Made by a program: the position numbers and the translations under genes. From positions 64,001 to 128,000 of the forward strand of contig JBFWNU010000004.1 in NCBI GenBank assembly GCA_050250895.1: DNA of 64,000 nt, written 5' to 3'. The notes under the pieces were generated by a model. That model searched no databases and had not been told where the DNA came from. It was given only the letters and a program-made list of their open reading frames with translations. Below are positions 19,266-27,953 of this stretch, one piece after another; the stretch's first letter is position 1, and every line of letters starts with the position of its first letter. The stretch is from Vulcanimicrobiota bacterium. Its GTDB lineage: Bacteria > Vulcanimicrobiota > Xenobia > Xenobiales > JADMJV01.

Positions 19266-19305
19266 GCCCTGAACTTAGGTCACGGTCCTGAAACGACACT
19301 GAAAG

Positions 19306-19701
19306 TCACTCCACCATCGTCTTGTAGTCATTGACCAGATCCATAGTGGTGACGATGCCCACCGGAAAGCCGTGGCGGGTGACCACCATCCGGTGGACTC
19401 CGGCCGACTGCATCACCTCGATGGTGTCGCCCACCGAATCCTCGGGAGCCACCTGGAAGACGAAGGGAGTCATCACGTCGGCCGCGGTGTACTCGGCCGG
19501 ATCCTTCGCCTGTCCGGCGGTCTCGGCCCAATGCCGGGCAACGTCCGAGCGACTCACCATTCCGAGCAAGCGCCCCTGGCGGTCCACCACCGGGGCCCCG
19601 GCGATCCCCTGCTCCATGAAGTCGGCGATCAGATTGGGCACCGGGGTCGAAGCCTCGACCAGGATGACGATGGGATTCATGATGTCTTTGACTTGCTTCA
19701 T
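19306..19701 (-). CDS. CBS domain protein
   Basis: VKDIM, GAPVVD, GMVSRSD, ADVMT, GIVTTMD. Confidence 0.9.
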   Translation of the reverse strand: MKQVKDIMNPIVILVEASTPVPNLIADFMEQGIAGAPVVDRQGRLLGMVSRSDVARHWAETAGQAKDPAEYTAADVMTPFVFQVAPEDSVGDTIEVMQSAGVHRMVVTRHGFPVGIVTTMDLVNDYKTMVE

Positions 19702-19757
19702 TACGCTGCTACTTTACGGGTCAATATCAAGGAATGCATTGATGCTCGTCAGGACGC

Positions 19758-20936
19758 TCAACTCTCGAGGGTGTCCCAACTCGAACCGCGCTCCACTCTG
19801 ACGGTGGGGATGCGGGTCGGTCCAAAGACGTTCCAGCCCTCGCGCTCGCGGAAGGCAAACGGTTGTAAAGGCTGGTGCTCGATGGCGCACTTGATGTTTT
19901 CGACGGCCTGGCCGGCCTGTTGCACGGCCGCGAATCGATCGGGTGGAACGGCTTTGCCCCCGGCCTGGGCCAGGGCTGCATCCCCGACCACAAAGACCTC
20001 GGGATGGTCGGGCAAATTGAGCTGGTCAGTGACCTCGACTCTCCCCATCCGGTCGGTCTTTCCCAGGTCTTGCAACAAGGCTGGAGCCTCGACACCGGCC
20101 CCCCAGAGGATCTCGGTGGCCTGCAAGACCTCGCCCGTCGCTAACCGCACCTGGCCGGGGCCGACCTCGGTGACGCGCTGGTTGAGGCACAGTTCGATGC
20201 CTTTGCGCTCGAGCGCGTCGGTCACTTGCCGGCTGACCTCTTCGGGGATGCCACTGAGGATACGCTCTCGGGAATGCACGAGCTTGATGGAGAGCGAGTC
20301 GAGCAGAGCCGGGTCCACCTGCTGGACTACTTCGTGGACCACCCCGGCCAGTTCGACCCCGGTCGCCCCCCCGCCGATGACCACAAAACGCAAGCAGTCT
20401 CGGCGCGCCTCGCCCTCCAGCCCGAGGGCCTGGTGAGCATGGGCTTGGACCGTCTGGCGCAAGCGGAAGGCATCTTCCGAGACATTCATGGTCAGCATGT
20501 GGTCGGCCCACTCGGGGTGACCGAAGAAGGCCGGCTTGGAACCCAGCGCCACTACCAGATAGTCATAAGGCAAAGAGCTGCCATCGGCCAGATGGACCTG
20601 GTGGGCCTGGGCGTCCACCTGGTTGACCTCGGCCTGGCGAAAGCTCGCGCCCGTCTCCTCGAGCAACTCGGCCAGGGGAGCCTCGCTGCGTCGCTGGGCC
20701 ACCTCATTGCCCACAGCCACCTGCCACAGCATCAACTTGCGGGTTTGGCTGGGACGTTGATCGACCAGCGTGACCGAGGCAGGAACCTCGGCGAGGCCGC
20801 GGGCAGCCGCCATGCCCGCGTAGCCCCCGCCCAAAATGACCACTCTGGGTTCAAAGCGGTCGACCGGCTCCTCACTTGCCTTCTGGGCGACGTGGGAACG
20901 TGTTGTAAAGCTGGCGAGACCGATGGGCTTGAGCAT
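19758..20936 (-). CDS. NAD(P)/FAD-dependent oxidoreductase (NDH-2-like) with atypical termini
   Basis: VVILGGGYAG, YDYLVVALG, VVIGGGATGVELAG, VFVVGD. Confidence 0.85.
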   Translation of the reverse strand: MLKPIGLASFTTRSHVAQKASEEPVDRFEPRVVILGGGYAGMAAARGLAEVPASVTLVDQRPSQTRKLMLWQVAVGNEVAQRRSEAPLAELLEETGASFRQAEVNQVDAQAHQVHLADGSSLPYDYLVVALGSKPAFFGHPEWADHMLTMNVSEDAFRLRQTVQAHAHQALGLEGEARRDCLRFVVIGGGATGVELAGVVHEVVQQVDPALLDSLSIKLVHSRERILSGIPEEVSRQVTDALERKGIELCLNQRVTEVGPGQVRLATGEVLQATEILWGAGVEAPALLQDLGKTDRMGRVEVTDQLNLPDHPEVFVVGDAALAQAGGKAVPPDRFAAVQQAGQAVENIKCAIEHQPLQPFAFREREGWNVFGPTRIPTVRVERGSSWDTLES

Positions 20937-21041
20937 GTCCAGAGTCTAGCCCGCCCGCCTTGGAAAAACCTTGGCCGGAGGAGAGAGTGGCTGGAGGTGG
21001 CGATCACTCGAAGCCCGAATATTCAGGCGTTTGGGGGTGCA

Positions 21042-21956
21042 ATGAGAACTATCTTCGCCTTGATTCTAATGCTGGGCATGGCTGCCTGGGCCCAGGGGCC
21101 CGACTGCGTCTGCCCGCCCGGAGGGTCCACCATGACCCCTACCGGCGTCTCCGCCCCGCCCTCTCTGGGCACGGGCCACTTCGATGGAAGCCAATCCGGC
21201 AACTCCTCCTCGGGCAACGAGGACCCGGTCGGGCGTTTTAGCGACTGGGCCAACGACCATCCCGACCTGGCGGGACTGGCCGACCAGGCGAGTAAAGACC
21301 CCGCCCTGGCCGGGGTGCTCGACCAGTTGACCCCGGGCGAACTGACCAACCTCGGCAACCTGCTGAGTTCGTACCAGAATGGCATCAACAATTACGTCAG
21401 CCAGAACCCTCGCACCTGGGACGATGCCCCTGGCGCGATGCGAAACCTGCTCAACAGTCTGGCCGGGGATCCCTTTACCCGGGGTTGTGACGACATGACC
21501 GCCCAGACGATTTCGGTCCTCGGTCCTCAGACCGGCGGGACCAATCCTTTCACGGTCCATCGATATCGTTGGGAGCCGGGTGCTGGGCGCCAGTTCGGGG
21601 TCTATTTCGGAGCCCCCATCGGAGGGGTCGTCGTGGTCCAAATGGCCGGCGCCGGCACCGTCATGGGTGGTCCCCTGGGAACCGCCGTGGGCGCCACCGG
21701 AGGCCTGATCGTCGCCCTGGGCACGCGCAACACCGAACACAACATGGCGGCCCTTCGCTCGACCCGCAATCCCGACCTGGTAATCGTGCTGGATCCGCAT
21801 GCCGCCCAGAACGGCAACCCCGAATCCGTCCATGGTCCCGATCATTACAACGGCGCTTTCAGCCAGCCGGCCCTGGGACCAGCCGAAGTGCCCGCTAGCC
21901 TGCCGGCGGCTGCCCAACCCAGCCGCAACATCCAGAAGGGAACCATGTCTCGATGA
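21042..21956 (+). CDS. Secreted hypothetical protein with glycine-zipper segment and putative Cys-His-Asp triad
   Basis: Signal peptide (AWA-Q); RGCDDM...EHNMAAL...VLDPH; Gly-rich hydrophobic hairpin. Confidence 0.65.
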   Translation: MRTIFALILMLGMAAWAQGPDCVCPPGGSTMTPTGVSAPPSLGTGHFDGSQSGNSSSGNEDPVGRFSDWANDHPDLAGLADQASKDPALAGVLDQLTPGELTNLGNLLSSYQNGINNYVSQNPRTWDDAPGAMRNLLNSLAGDPFTRGCDDMTAQTISVLGPQTGGTNPFTVHRYRWEPGAGRQFGVYFGAPIGGVVVVQMAGAGTVMGGPLGTAVGATGGLIVALGTRNTEHNMAALRSTRNPDLVIVLDPHAAQNGNPESVHGPDHYNGAFSQPALGPAEVPASLPAAAQPSRNIQKGTMSR

Positions 21957-22738
21957 GGTTGAGGCTGCTGCTGGGCCTATTGCTCTGTTCGGCGAGCCTG
22001 GCCGCGGGCGGAGTGCAGTTGCGCTACAAGCCCGAGCCCCAGTCGAGTTGGCGAACCTCGGGCAGCCTGGCCGTCAAGAACTCGGTTCAGTTTCCCGACG
22101 GAACCCAGAGCAATTCCAACGAAGAATACGACCTCGAGTGGCAGGATGATATCCTGACCCGCGACCTGACCGGCCTGGTCACCCAACGCCGCCAGGTTCA
22201 CCGTTGGACAACCCGGGCCCAACAGAACAATATTGTTCCTTCCGGCCCCATCGAGTTTCAGATCAGCAAGCTAGCCCAACAGCAGGTCTCTGGTAGCGAT
22301 AAGGGCAGCGTGGCCAGTTCATTCAATCAACCCGCCCTGTTTCCGCTGACCCCGGTGGCCGTCGGTCAGACCTGGCCGGTCGAGGACACCACCCATTCGG
22401 TGTTAGTGGTGGGCAGCGAACCGCTGCCCATCTGGACCCGAGTGTGGGGGACGGGCACTCTGGTGGCCGTGGCTGACGGCCAGGCCCAACTGGAATTCGC
22501 CCTCCAGAGCGAGGCCCTCGGCCCCCGCGATGCGGCGGGCCAACCTCAAGCGGCGAGCTGGGCCAGCACCGAAGCCAGGGCAACCATCCGCTGGACCATG
22601 CAGGTCGATCTGGCTACCGGCGTGGCCACTCGCCAGCAGACCGACACCAAGCTCGAGCAGACCGTCATGCTGGGTCCTGACAAGGTCGTGAGCCAAACCG
22701 AATCGACCCTTCAGCTGTCGACCACCCCGGGGTCTTAG
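21953..22738 (+). CDS. Secreted hypothetical beta-rich protein
   Basis: Signal peptide; LRYK...PVAVGQTW motif; ATGA overlap with the upstream gene. Confidence 0.7.
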   Translation: MRLRLLLGLLLCSASLAAGGVQLRYKPEPQSSWRTSGSLAVKNSVQFPDGTQSNSNEEYDLEWQDDILTRDLTGLVTQRRQVHRWTTRAQQNNIVPSGPIEFQISKLAQQQVSGSDKGSVASSFNQPALFPLTPVAVGQTWPVEDTTHSVLVVGSEPLPIWTRVWGTGTLVAVADGQAQLEFALQSEALGPRDAAGQPQAASWASTEARATIRWTMQVDLATGVATRQQTDTKLEQTVMLGPDKVVSQTESTLQLSTTPGS

Positions 22739-23598
22739 GCATCTGGGCTCGGGATGCTATCGGCCTTCAGGCGACGCATGCCGCGATAGAGAAAGACCAG
22801 CCCTTCGAGCAGCGTGTCGGCCTGGCTGACTCCTACTGTGGCCGGCTCGACGTAGGGCATAGCCTGTTGGGTCAAAAACACCGCTTTCAAGCGCGGTCCC
22901 GCGCCTTTGACCGTGGCTGTCCGCAAACGAGCCGGCGGGTTGCCCAGGAAATTGTTGATGGTCGACAAGTCAGGATAGGCACGAGGCGAGGCTTTCAACT
23001 CGACCGTGAGCCGCTCGGCCACTTTCCGCTTGATCTTCGAGCCCTTGCGCTTGTATTTCGTCTTCTTCTTGATGAGCTGGTCGATCCCGATGGAGAAGGC
23101 CGTTCCGTCCAAAAAGCGGCCCTGGAGCTTTAACCAGGGCTGGCTGAAGCTGCCCGTGTTCACATCGCCTGTCTGCAGGAACGAACTGGTATCGGTGGCT
23201 CGGAAGTCGACCACCAGGTCCAGTTCTTTGCCGGTGGGCAGGTCGACCGACAGGTGCTTGAGCACGGCCTGGACCAAGGCTAACCGCTGATCGTCGAGGT
23301 CATGCTCCGAAGCTTGCTTGAAGATTCGAAAGCCACCGATGAGGGCAGCCAGGACCAGCGCGCTGACCAGGATCCCTCCAGCCGTGGCGCCGTTGAATTG
23401 CAGGCTGAAAAGCGCAACGAACGAGCCGATCACCAGCGGCCACAGAAAGAACAGGGCCAGGCATCCGCAGCCAAGCAGGCCTCCTCCCAGCCACTTCTTC
23501 TTCTCGGCCTCCTTGTCGGAACGGGCCGCTTCGGCGAAAAAGGAGAGCAGATGCTCGGGAGTACCTTTGAGTTCATGGCGGTCGACTTTCACCCCCAT
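22735..23598 (-). CDS. Hypothetical membrane protein (2 TM)
   Basis: Two TM helices, then a soluble domain (PWLKLQGRFLDGT, Lys-rich KKKTKYKRK). Confidence 0.7.
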   Translation of the reverse strand: MGVKVDRHELKGTPEHLLSFFAEAARSDKEAEKKKWLGGGLLGCGCLALFFLWPLVIGSFVALFSLQFNGATAGGILVSALVLAALIGGFRIFKQASEHDLDDQRLALVQAVLKHLSVDLPTGKELDLVVDFRATDTSSFLQTGDVNTGSFSQPWLKLQGRFLDGTAFSIGIDQLIKKKTKYKRKGSKIKRKVAERLTVELKASPRAYPDLSTINNFLGNPPARLRTATVKGAGPRLKAVFLTQQAMPYVEPATVGVSQADTLLEGLVFLYRGMRRLKADSIPSPDA

Positions 23599-23633
23599 GT
23601 TTTTGCCAGTGCCAAGCGGCGCCCTTCTCATCC

Positions 23634-23945
23634 ATGCTATCATCTGAAGATGCGCGACAATCCCATCGGCGCTTTGTTGGAGCTACGCCAACGCCGACAG
23701 TCGGCCATCACCACGAGAGCCCGGCTCTTCGCAACGCTCAGCAGAAATACGGAGAGTTTGCTCTCGGCTTGACCGGCTGCGTATTTGGCCTGCTGCCGGC
23801 GGGACTCCTCGACATCGTCGACATCTGGCGCTACGGTCCCGGCTATCTGGTTCCTCCCTCCCTGGCTCAGGCTGGGGCGGGACTGGCTGGGGGCCTGGCG
23901 GTGGCTGGCTTTTTCTGGTGGCGCCGTCAATCCAACCCGTCGTAG
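23634..23945 (+). CDS. Small hypothetical membrane protein
   Basis: Two hydrophobic segments; fills the gap between flanking genes; start uncertain. Confidence 0.4.
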   Translation: MLSSEDARQSHRRFVGATPTPTVGHHHESPALRNAQQKYGEFALGLTGCVFGLLPAGLLDIVDIWRYGPGYLVPPSLAQAGAGLAGGLAVAGFFWWRRQSNPS

Positions 23946-24496
23946 AGTTCGGACAGAGGCAGCTCACAGCCGATCTCGGGCAGCGGCAAGACCCCATCGA
24001 GGCCCGTGACTTGCTCGCGGGTAAAACCATCCTCACCACGGCGCCAAAGCGAAACCACCGGGTTGCCCTGCTCCACCAACACGTAGGCTGTCAGGCCCCG
24101 AATGCCGAGATAGGCATCTCTCTTCTCGCCCTCGTCGACTCGTCGGGTGCTCTCTGAAAGCACCTCGAACACGACCCGAGGGGCATCCTGGAAAGAATCG
24201 GTGGGCGGGTTGCGAGCCCAGATGACCGATAGGTCGGGGTAGTAGAAGCGAACTTCCCCGGCCAGCTGGATGCGAATCTTGGTGTCGGAATTAAAGACGC
24301 GGCAGGGGCCGCCCCTGAGCCGGCTACCCAGGGCCACGATGGCGTTGGTGGCCAACTGGTTGTGGGCGTTACTACCTCCGGCCATCTGGTAGAGCACCCC
24401 GGCCAGATACTCGCTCTTGACTGACGCGGTGGACTCGAGCGATAGATACTCCTCGACGGTCAATAAGCGCTTTTGGTGGGCCAGACTCACCTCCAC
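23927..24496 (-). CDS. Uma2 family endonuclease
   Basis: LTVEEYL, MAGGS..HN, YYPDLSV, VFEVLSEST...D.GEK, LPLSELY. Confidence 0.92.
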   Translation of the reverse strand: MEVSLAHQKRLLTVEEYLSLESTASVKSEYLAGVLYQMAGGSNAHNQLATNAIVALGSRLRGGPCRVFNSDTKIRIQLAGEVRFYYPDLSVIWARNPPTDSFQDAPRVVFEVLSESTRRVDEGEKRDAYLGIRGLTAYVLVEQGNPVVSLWRRGEDGFTREQVTGLDGVLPLPEIGCELPLSELYDGLD

Positions 24497-24618
24497 AGTC
24501 TAACTCACCGTCGGCGCGGCCGACCAGTGGTGTGCTCGTTCACAATGTGAAGGCCCGCACAGATCGAGACCGTCGCGTTGCCTATAGTAGAAAAATCCCA
24601 GACAGCGAGGTCACTCAC

Positions 24619-25914
24619 TTGAAGATCATTTTCGTCTCCCCCACCAGCGTCGTGTTCGACCAAACCCCCCACTACTATCAGGCCAGCTTCTCGGCCACCG
24701 CCCAATATCTGCGCGACCGCTTTGCCGACGCCGAAGTCGTCATCGAATCGTCAGGCTTTCACGGCTCGGCCGAACGCAACGTCATCCGCCACTTCGTGGG
24801 CCGCTCCCAGCCGGAATTCTTGATCTTCTGGAGCCGGCCGTGGGAGGCAAAAAATGCGCGCGACCTGGCCGTCACCGTGCGCAAGATGGCCAAAAAGACG
24901 GGGATTTTCGTCTGGGGAGACGCCTGCAACTTCATTCCGCACTACTTCGAGCGCGAGCCGTTCGACCTGGTGGTGCGCGGCGGTGACCCCGAGCAAGTGC
25001 TGGGGGACGCTATCCAGGCCTGGAAGGATGGCCGAGCCCCTGAGCACGGAGTTTCCTATCGTGATGGTTGCTCTTGGAAAGAGACCGCTACGGGTAAAAC
25101 CCTGGCGCCGGAAGAGTGGCCCTTTCCGGCGGAAGACGCTCTCGATCCTACCGTCTATCAGGTCACCCGGGTTCAGCGCGGCCTGTCTACCGATGACTTG
25201 AGTTTCACCGTCTCGCGAGGCTGCCCCATCAACTGCGCCAAGTGGTGCCCTACTCCGCGCAAGGAGGGCCTCATCGACCGCCGGCGCCCGGTGCGAGCCA
25301 CGGTCGAATATATGCAGCGCGGAGCCGATCCCTTCGAGATGTTCCAGATGCACTCGCCCCTGTTTAGCCAGAACCGCCAGTGGATCGACGAGTTCATCGC
25401 GCTCAAAGGCGAGCTTTGCCCCGAGGCCAGCTTCAAGGTGGTCGACCTGATGAACCCCTATGCCGACGAGGACCTGGTGGCTCGATTGGCCGGCGTCGGC
25501 CTCAAGAATGTGGGCTTCGGAGTCGAGACTCTGGCCGCCGACACCCACCGCGCCTTGATTCCCAAAGTTGACGTCAACCTGTTGGGCAAGGTGGCCGCCA
25601 ACTTCAAGCGCTACAAGATCTCGAGCAAAGCCTATATTCAGCTGGGACTGCCCGGGCAAAAGCGCGAGGATATCCTGTATACCCTGGGCTATTTGCGCGA
25701 CCTCGGCTTCAAGGTGCGTCCCACCGGTTCCACACCCTTTTGGCGGCTGGCTCGGATGAGTGTAGAAGAACTCGACGCCACCGACCTCTCTTGCTGGGAC
25801 CGCAAGAGCTACTATGAGCCGCGCAGCGGCCTGAGCTATCGCGAATTCTACCAGTTGATTACGGCTCCCACGAGCTTTGAACCCGACGAGGAGGTATCCG
25901 CATGGGCCGCATGA
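24619..25914 (+). CDS. Cobalamin-binding-fold radical SAM protein
   Basis: N-terminal Rossmann-like domain (KIIFVSP...VWGDA...DLVVRG), PFP, SRGCPINCAKWC, GFGVET, LGLPGQ; TTG start after GAGG. Confidence 0.82.
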   Translation: MKIIFVSPTSVVFDQTPHYYQASFSATAQYLRDRFADAEVVIESSGFHGSAERNVIRHFVGRSQPEFLIFWSRPWEAKNARDLAVTVRKMAKKTGIFVWGDACNFIPHYFEREPFDLVVRGGDPEQVLGDAIQAWKDGRAPEHGVSYRDGCSWKETATGKTLAPEEWPFPAEDALDPTVYQVTRVQRGLSTDDLSFTVSRGCPINCAKWCPTPRKEGLIDRRRPVRATVEYMQRGADPFEMFQMHSPLFSQNRQWIDEFIALKGELCPEASFKVVDLMNPYADEDLVARLAGVGLKNVGFGVETLAADTHRALIPKVDVNLLGKVAANFKRYKISSKAYIQLGLPGQKREDILYTLGYLRDLGFKVRPTGSTPFWRLARMSVEELDATDLSCWDRKSYYEPRSGLSYREFYQLITAPTSFEPDEEVSAWAA

Positions 25915-26525
25915 TTTTAGTCGAAGGCCTGGATCTGGCCGGAAAGTCGACTCTTTGCCAGGGCCTCAAGGGCCATTTCGAGCGCACGGGCTGGAAGGTG
26001 CGCAGCGCCAACGGCGAGTTGTGCCCCGACAACCCCACCGCTCGGGTGGCTCGCGAAATGGTGCGCTGGGATCCCGGCTTCACCGGCCCCGAGGCGGGCG
26101 GGTTGTTCATGGCCGCTCACCTGTGGGACGCCCGTCATTTCAAGCCGCCCGGCGCGGGTGAAGTGCACATCCAGGACTCATGCTGGCTGCGCAGCCTGGC
26201 TTTCGAGCGGGTCATCGGCTCGCCGGAGCTGGCCACCCTGATGGAATCCCAGTCGCGATCCTTTCCCGTGTTTGACGCCGCCATCGTCTTGACCGCCAGC
26301 CTCGAGACCCGGCGTGCGCGCCTGGCTCAGCGAGCCAACAACGACCTGCACGACCTGTTCGCCTTCAAGAACCCCGACAAGTTCTTCCGCATCGAACTCG
26401 AACTAGCTGAGCTGGCCTGGCGCAAGGCCGGAGCGCTGGTGCTGGCCACCGATGATCTTGACCCCGACCAGGTGCTGGCCCAGGCGCTCGTCCACATCGA
26501 GCGGGGCCAACGCAAAGCCGGCTAG
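25902..26525 (+). CDS. Thymidylate-kinase-like nucleotide kinase
   Basis: ILVEGLDLAGKST P-loop; IQDS in place of the DR motif; LTASLETRRARLAQR lid; GGAGG RBS, overlaps the radical SAM stop. Confidence 0.8.
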   Translation: MGRMILVEGLDLAGKSTLCQGLKGHFERTGWKVRSANGELCPDNPTARVAREMVRWDPGFTGPEAGGLFMAAHLWDARHFKPPGAGEVHIQDSCWLRSLAFERVIGSPELATLMESQSRSFPVFDAAIVLTASLETRRARLAQRANNDLHDLFAFKNPDKFFRIELELAELAWRKAGALVLATDDLDPDQVLAQALVHIERGQRKAG

Positions 26526-27346
26526 GCGCGGACGAAGGTGGCGATGCGGTGAGCCACCTCGGGGGCGTTGAGGATGCGCCGGTGACCCCAGCCGCTGGTG
26601 GCCAAGAAATCGGCCCCCAGCGCCTGGGCCTGTTGCTCGGCGGGGGCAAAGGGAACCTCTTTGTCCTGAGTATCGTGGACGATCAGGGTGCGCACCCGGG
26701 CAGCCTGGAGATAGTCGGCGGTGGTGTGCTCGACCACCGGTCGTCCCGATAGCTTCTCGATGCGACGATAGATGAAGTCCATACTGGGCTGGGGTGCGTC
26801 GAGTTTGGCCTGGGCGTCGCCCAGCACCCAGTCGAGCCGCTGGGGGCCGCCGATCATGACCAGGCCCTGCAGTTCGTCGAGGCAGCCGGCGGCGTGAGCC
26901 GAGGTGAGGGCGCCAAACGAGTGTCCCACCAGGGTATGGATCGGTCCCAGCTCGCGCGCCAGTTTGCGCAGGGCTGACGAGCACTCGAGCAGGTTGGTGC
27001 GGCTGAACGGCTTCTGATGACCAGGTCCGTCAAAAGCGATCACTTCCAGGCCAGCCCCGTGAAGAACCTCGGCCATGCGGGCGAAGCTGCAGGCTTTGCC
27101 GCCCCAACCGTGCATCAACAGCACGCGGGGGCCCTGGTTGGGCCAGCGATAGACGTCGAGAAGACGCTCTCCGAAGGCGAGCTGGTGGCGGCGCGCCTGG
27201 TCGAGCACTCGCTGCTGCTCGCTCGTGGCCTGGGCCAGCGGATAAGGCGTGCAAAAAAGCGTCCAGGCGATTTTCCCCCCTAGCGCGGGGGCGATACGGG
27301 ATACGAGTCGAAGGCCTTGACCGAGAAGCGTCACGACAACCTCCAA
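26522..27346 (-). CDS. Alpha/beta hydrolase
   Basis: LLMHGWGG, FDGPGH, GHSFG, HDTQDKEVP, GHRRIL. Confidence 0.9.
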   Translation of the reverse strand: MEVVVTLLGQGLRLVSRIAPALGGKIAWTLFCTPYPLAQATSEQQRVLDQARRHQLAFGERLLDVYRWPNQGPRVLLMHGWGGKACSFARMAEVLHGAGLEVIAFDGPGHQKPFSRTNLLECSSALRKLARELGPIHTLVGHSFGALTSAHAAGCLDELQGLVMIGGPQRLDWVLGDAQAKLDAPQPSMDFIYRRIEKLSGRPVVEHTTADYLQAARVRTLIVHDTQDKEVPFAPAEQQAQALGADFLATSGWGHRRILNAPEVAHRIATFVRA

Positions 27347-27352
27347 GAACTA

Positions 27353-27366
27353 GTTAACATGTTAAC
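27353..27366. promoter_or_regulatory. Palindromic operator, probably bound by MarR
   Basis: Perfect palindrome GTTAACATGTTAAC between the divergent hydrolase and marR. Confidence 0.65.
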
Positions 27367-27390
27367 CATTTTAGAAGATCAGGCCTGGGA

Positions 27391-27819
27391 ATGCAAGACA
27401 AGCTGAAGATCTGGCTGCAGGTCGCCCGAGCCTACCAGAAGACGGGCCGGCGACTTTCTGAACGCTTGCGTGAACTCGACCTGTCCGGGGCGCAGCTCGA
27501 CGTGCTGGCCAATCTATCGCGTCATCCCCAGGGGATGAACCAGACCGAACTGGGAGGCAAGCTCTTGTCGACCAAGGCCAACGTGACCGGCCTGGTCGAA
27601 CGGCTGGTCAGCCGGGGACTGGTGCAAAGGCAACCCGACCCCAACGACGCCCGCTCGAAAACCGTCTCTTTGACCCCAGCGGGAGAGGAGTTGGCGGCCC
27701 GGGCCGGGGCACTGCACGCTCGCTTCGTAGATGACATGTTGGCCGGGCTCAGCGGCGAAGACCTGGCCAGGCTGCAAGCGATCATGACCCGGGTCGAGAG
27801 CGAACTGGATAGGATGTGA
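27391..27819 (+). CDS. MarR family regulator
   Basis: LSGAQLDVL, NVTGLVERL..RGLV.R.PDPND.R...VSLTPAG. Confidence 0.93.
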   Translation: MQDKLKIWLQVARAYQKTGRRLSERLRELDLSGAQLDVLANLSRHPQGMNQTELGGKLLSTKANVTGLVERLVSRGLVQRQPDPNDARSKTVSLTPAGEELAARAGALHARFVDDMLAGLSGEDLARLQAIMTRVESELDRM

Positions 27820-27953
27820 GGATGCGGACGTCGATGGTCGATGACGGCCAGCGCCAAACGTTCACCGAACTGCTGGAATACGAGATACCCTAATTCTAAA
27901 GAAATCTTAAGCCGCAGGGAGTTGTTCGCCAGGGTGCAGAACTGGCCCCCTGA

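Noticed and set aside
24619-25914. Prokaryotic viperin
   Set aside because: Has an N-terminal B12-binding-like domain and an SRGC-type motif, not the viperin CNYxCxFC/GGEP signature; only the gene pairing is analogous.
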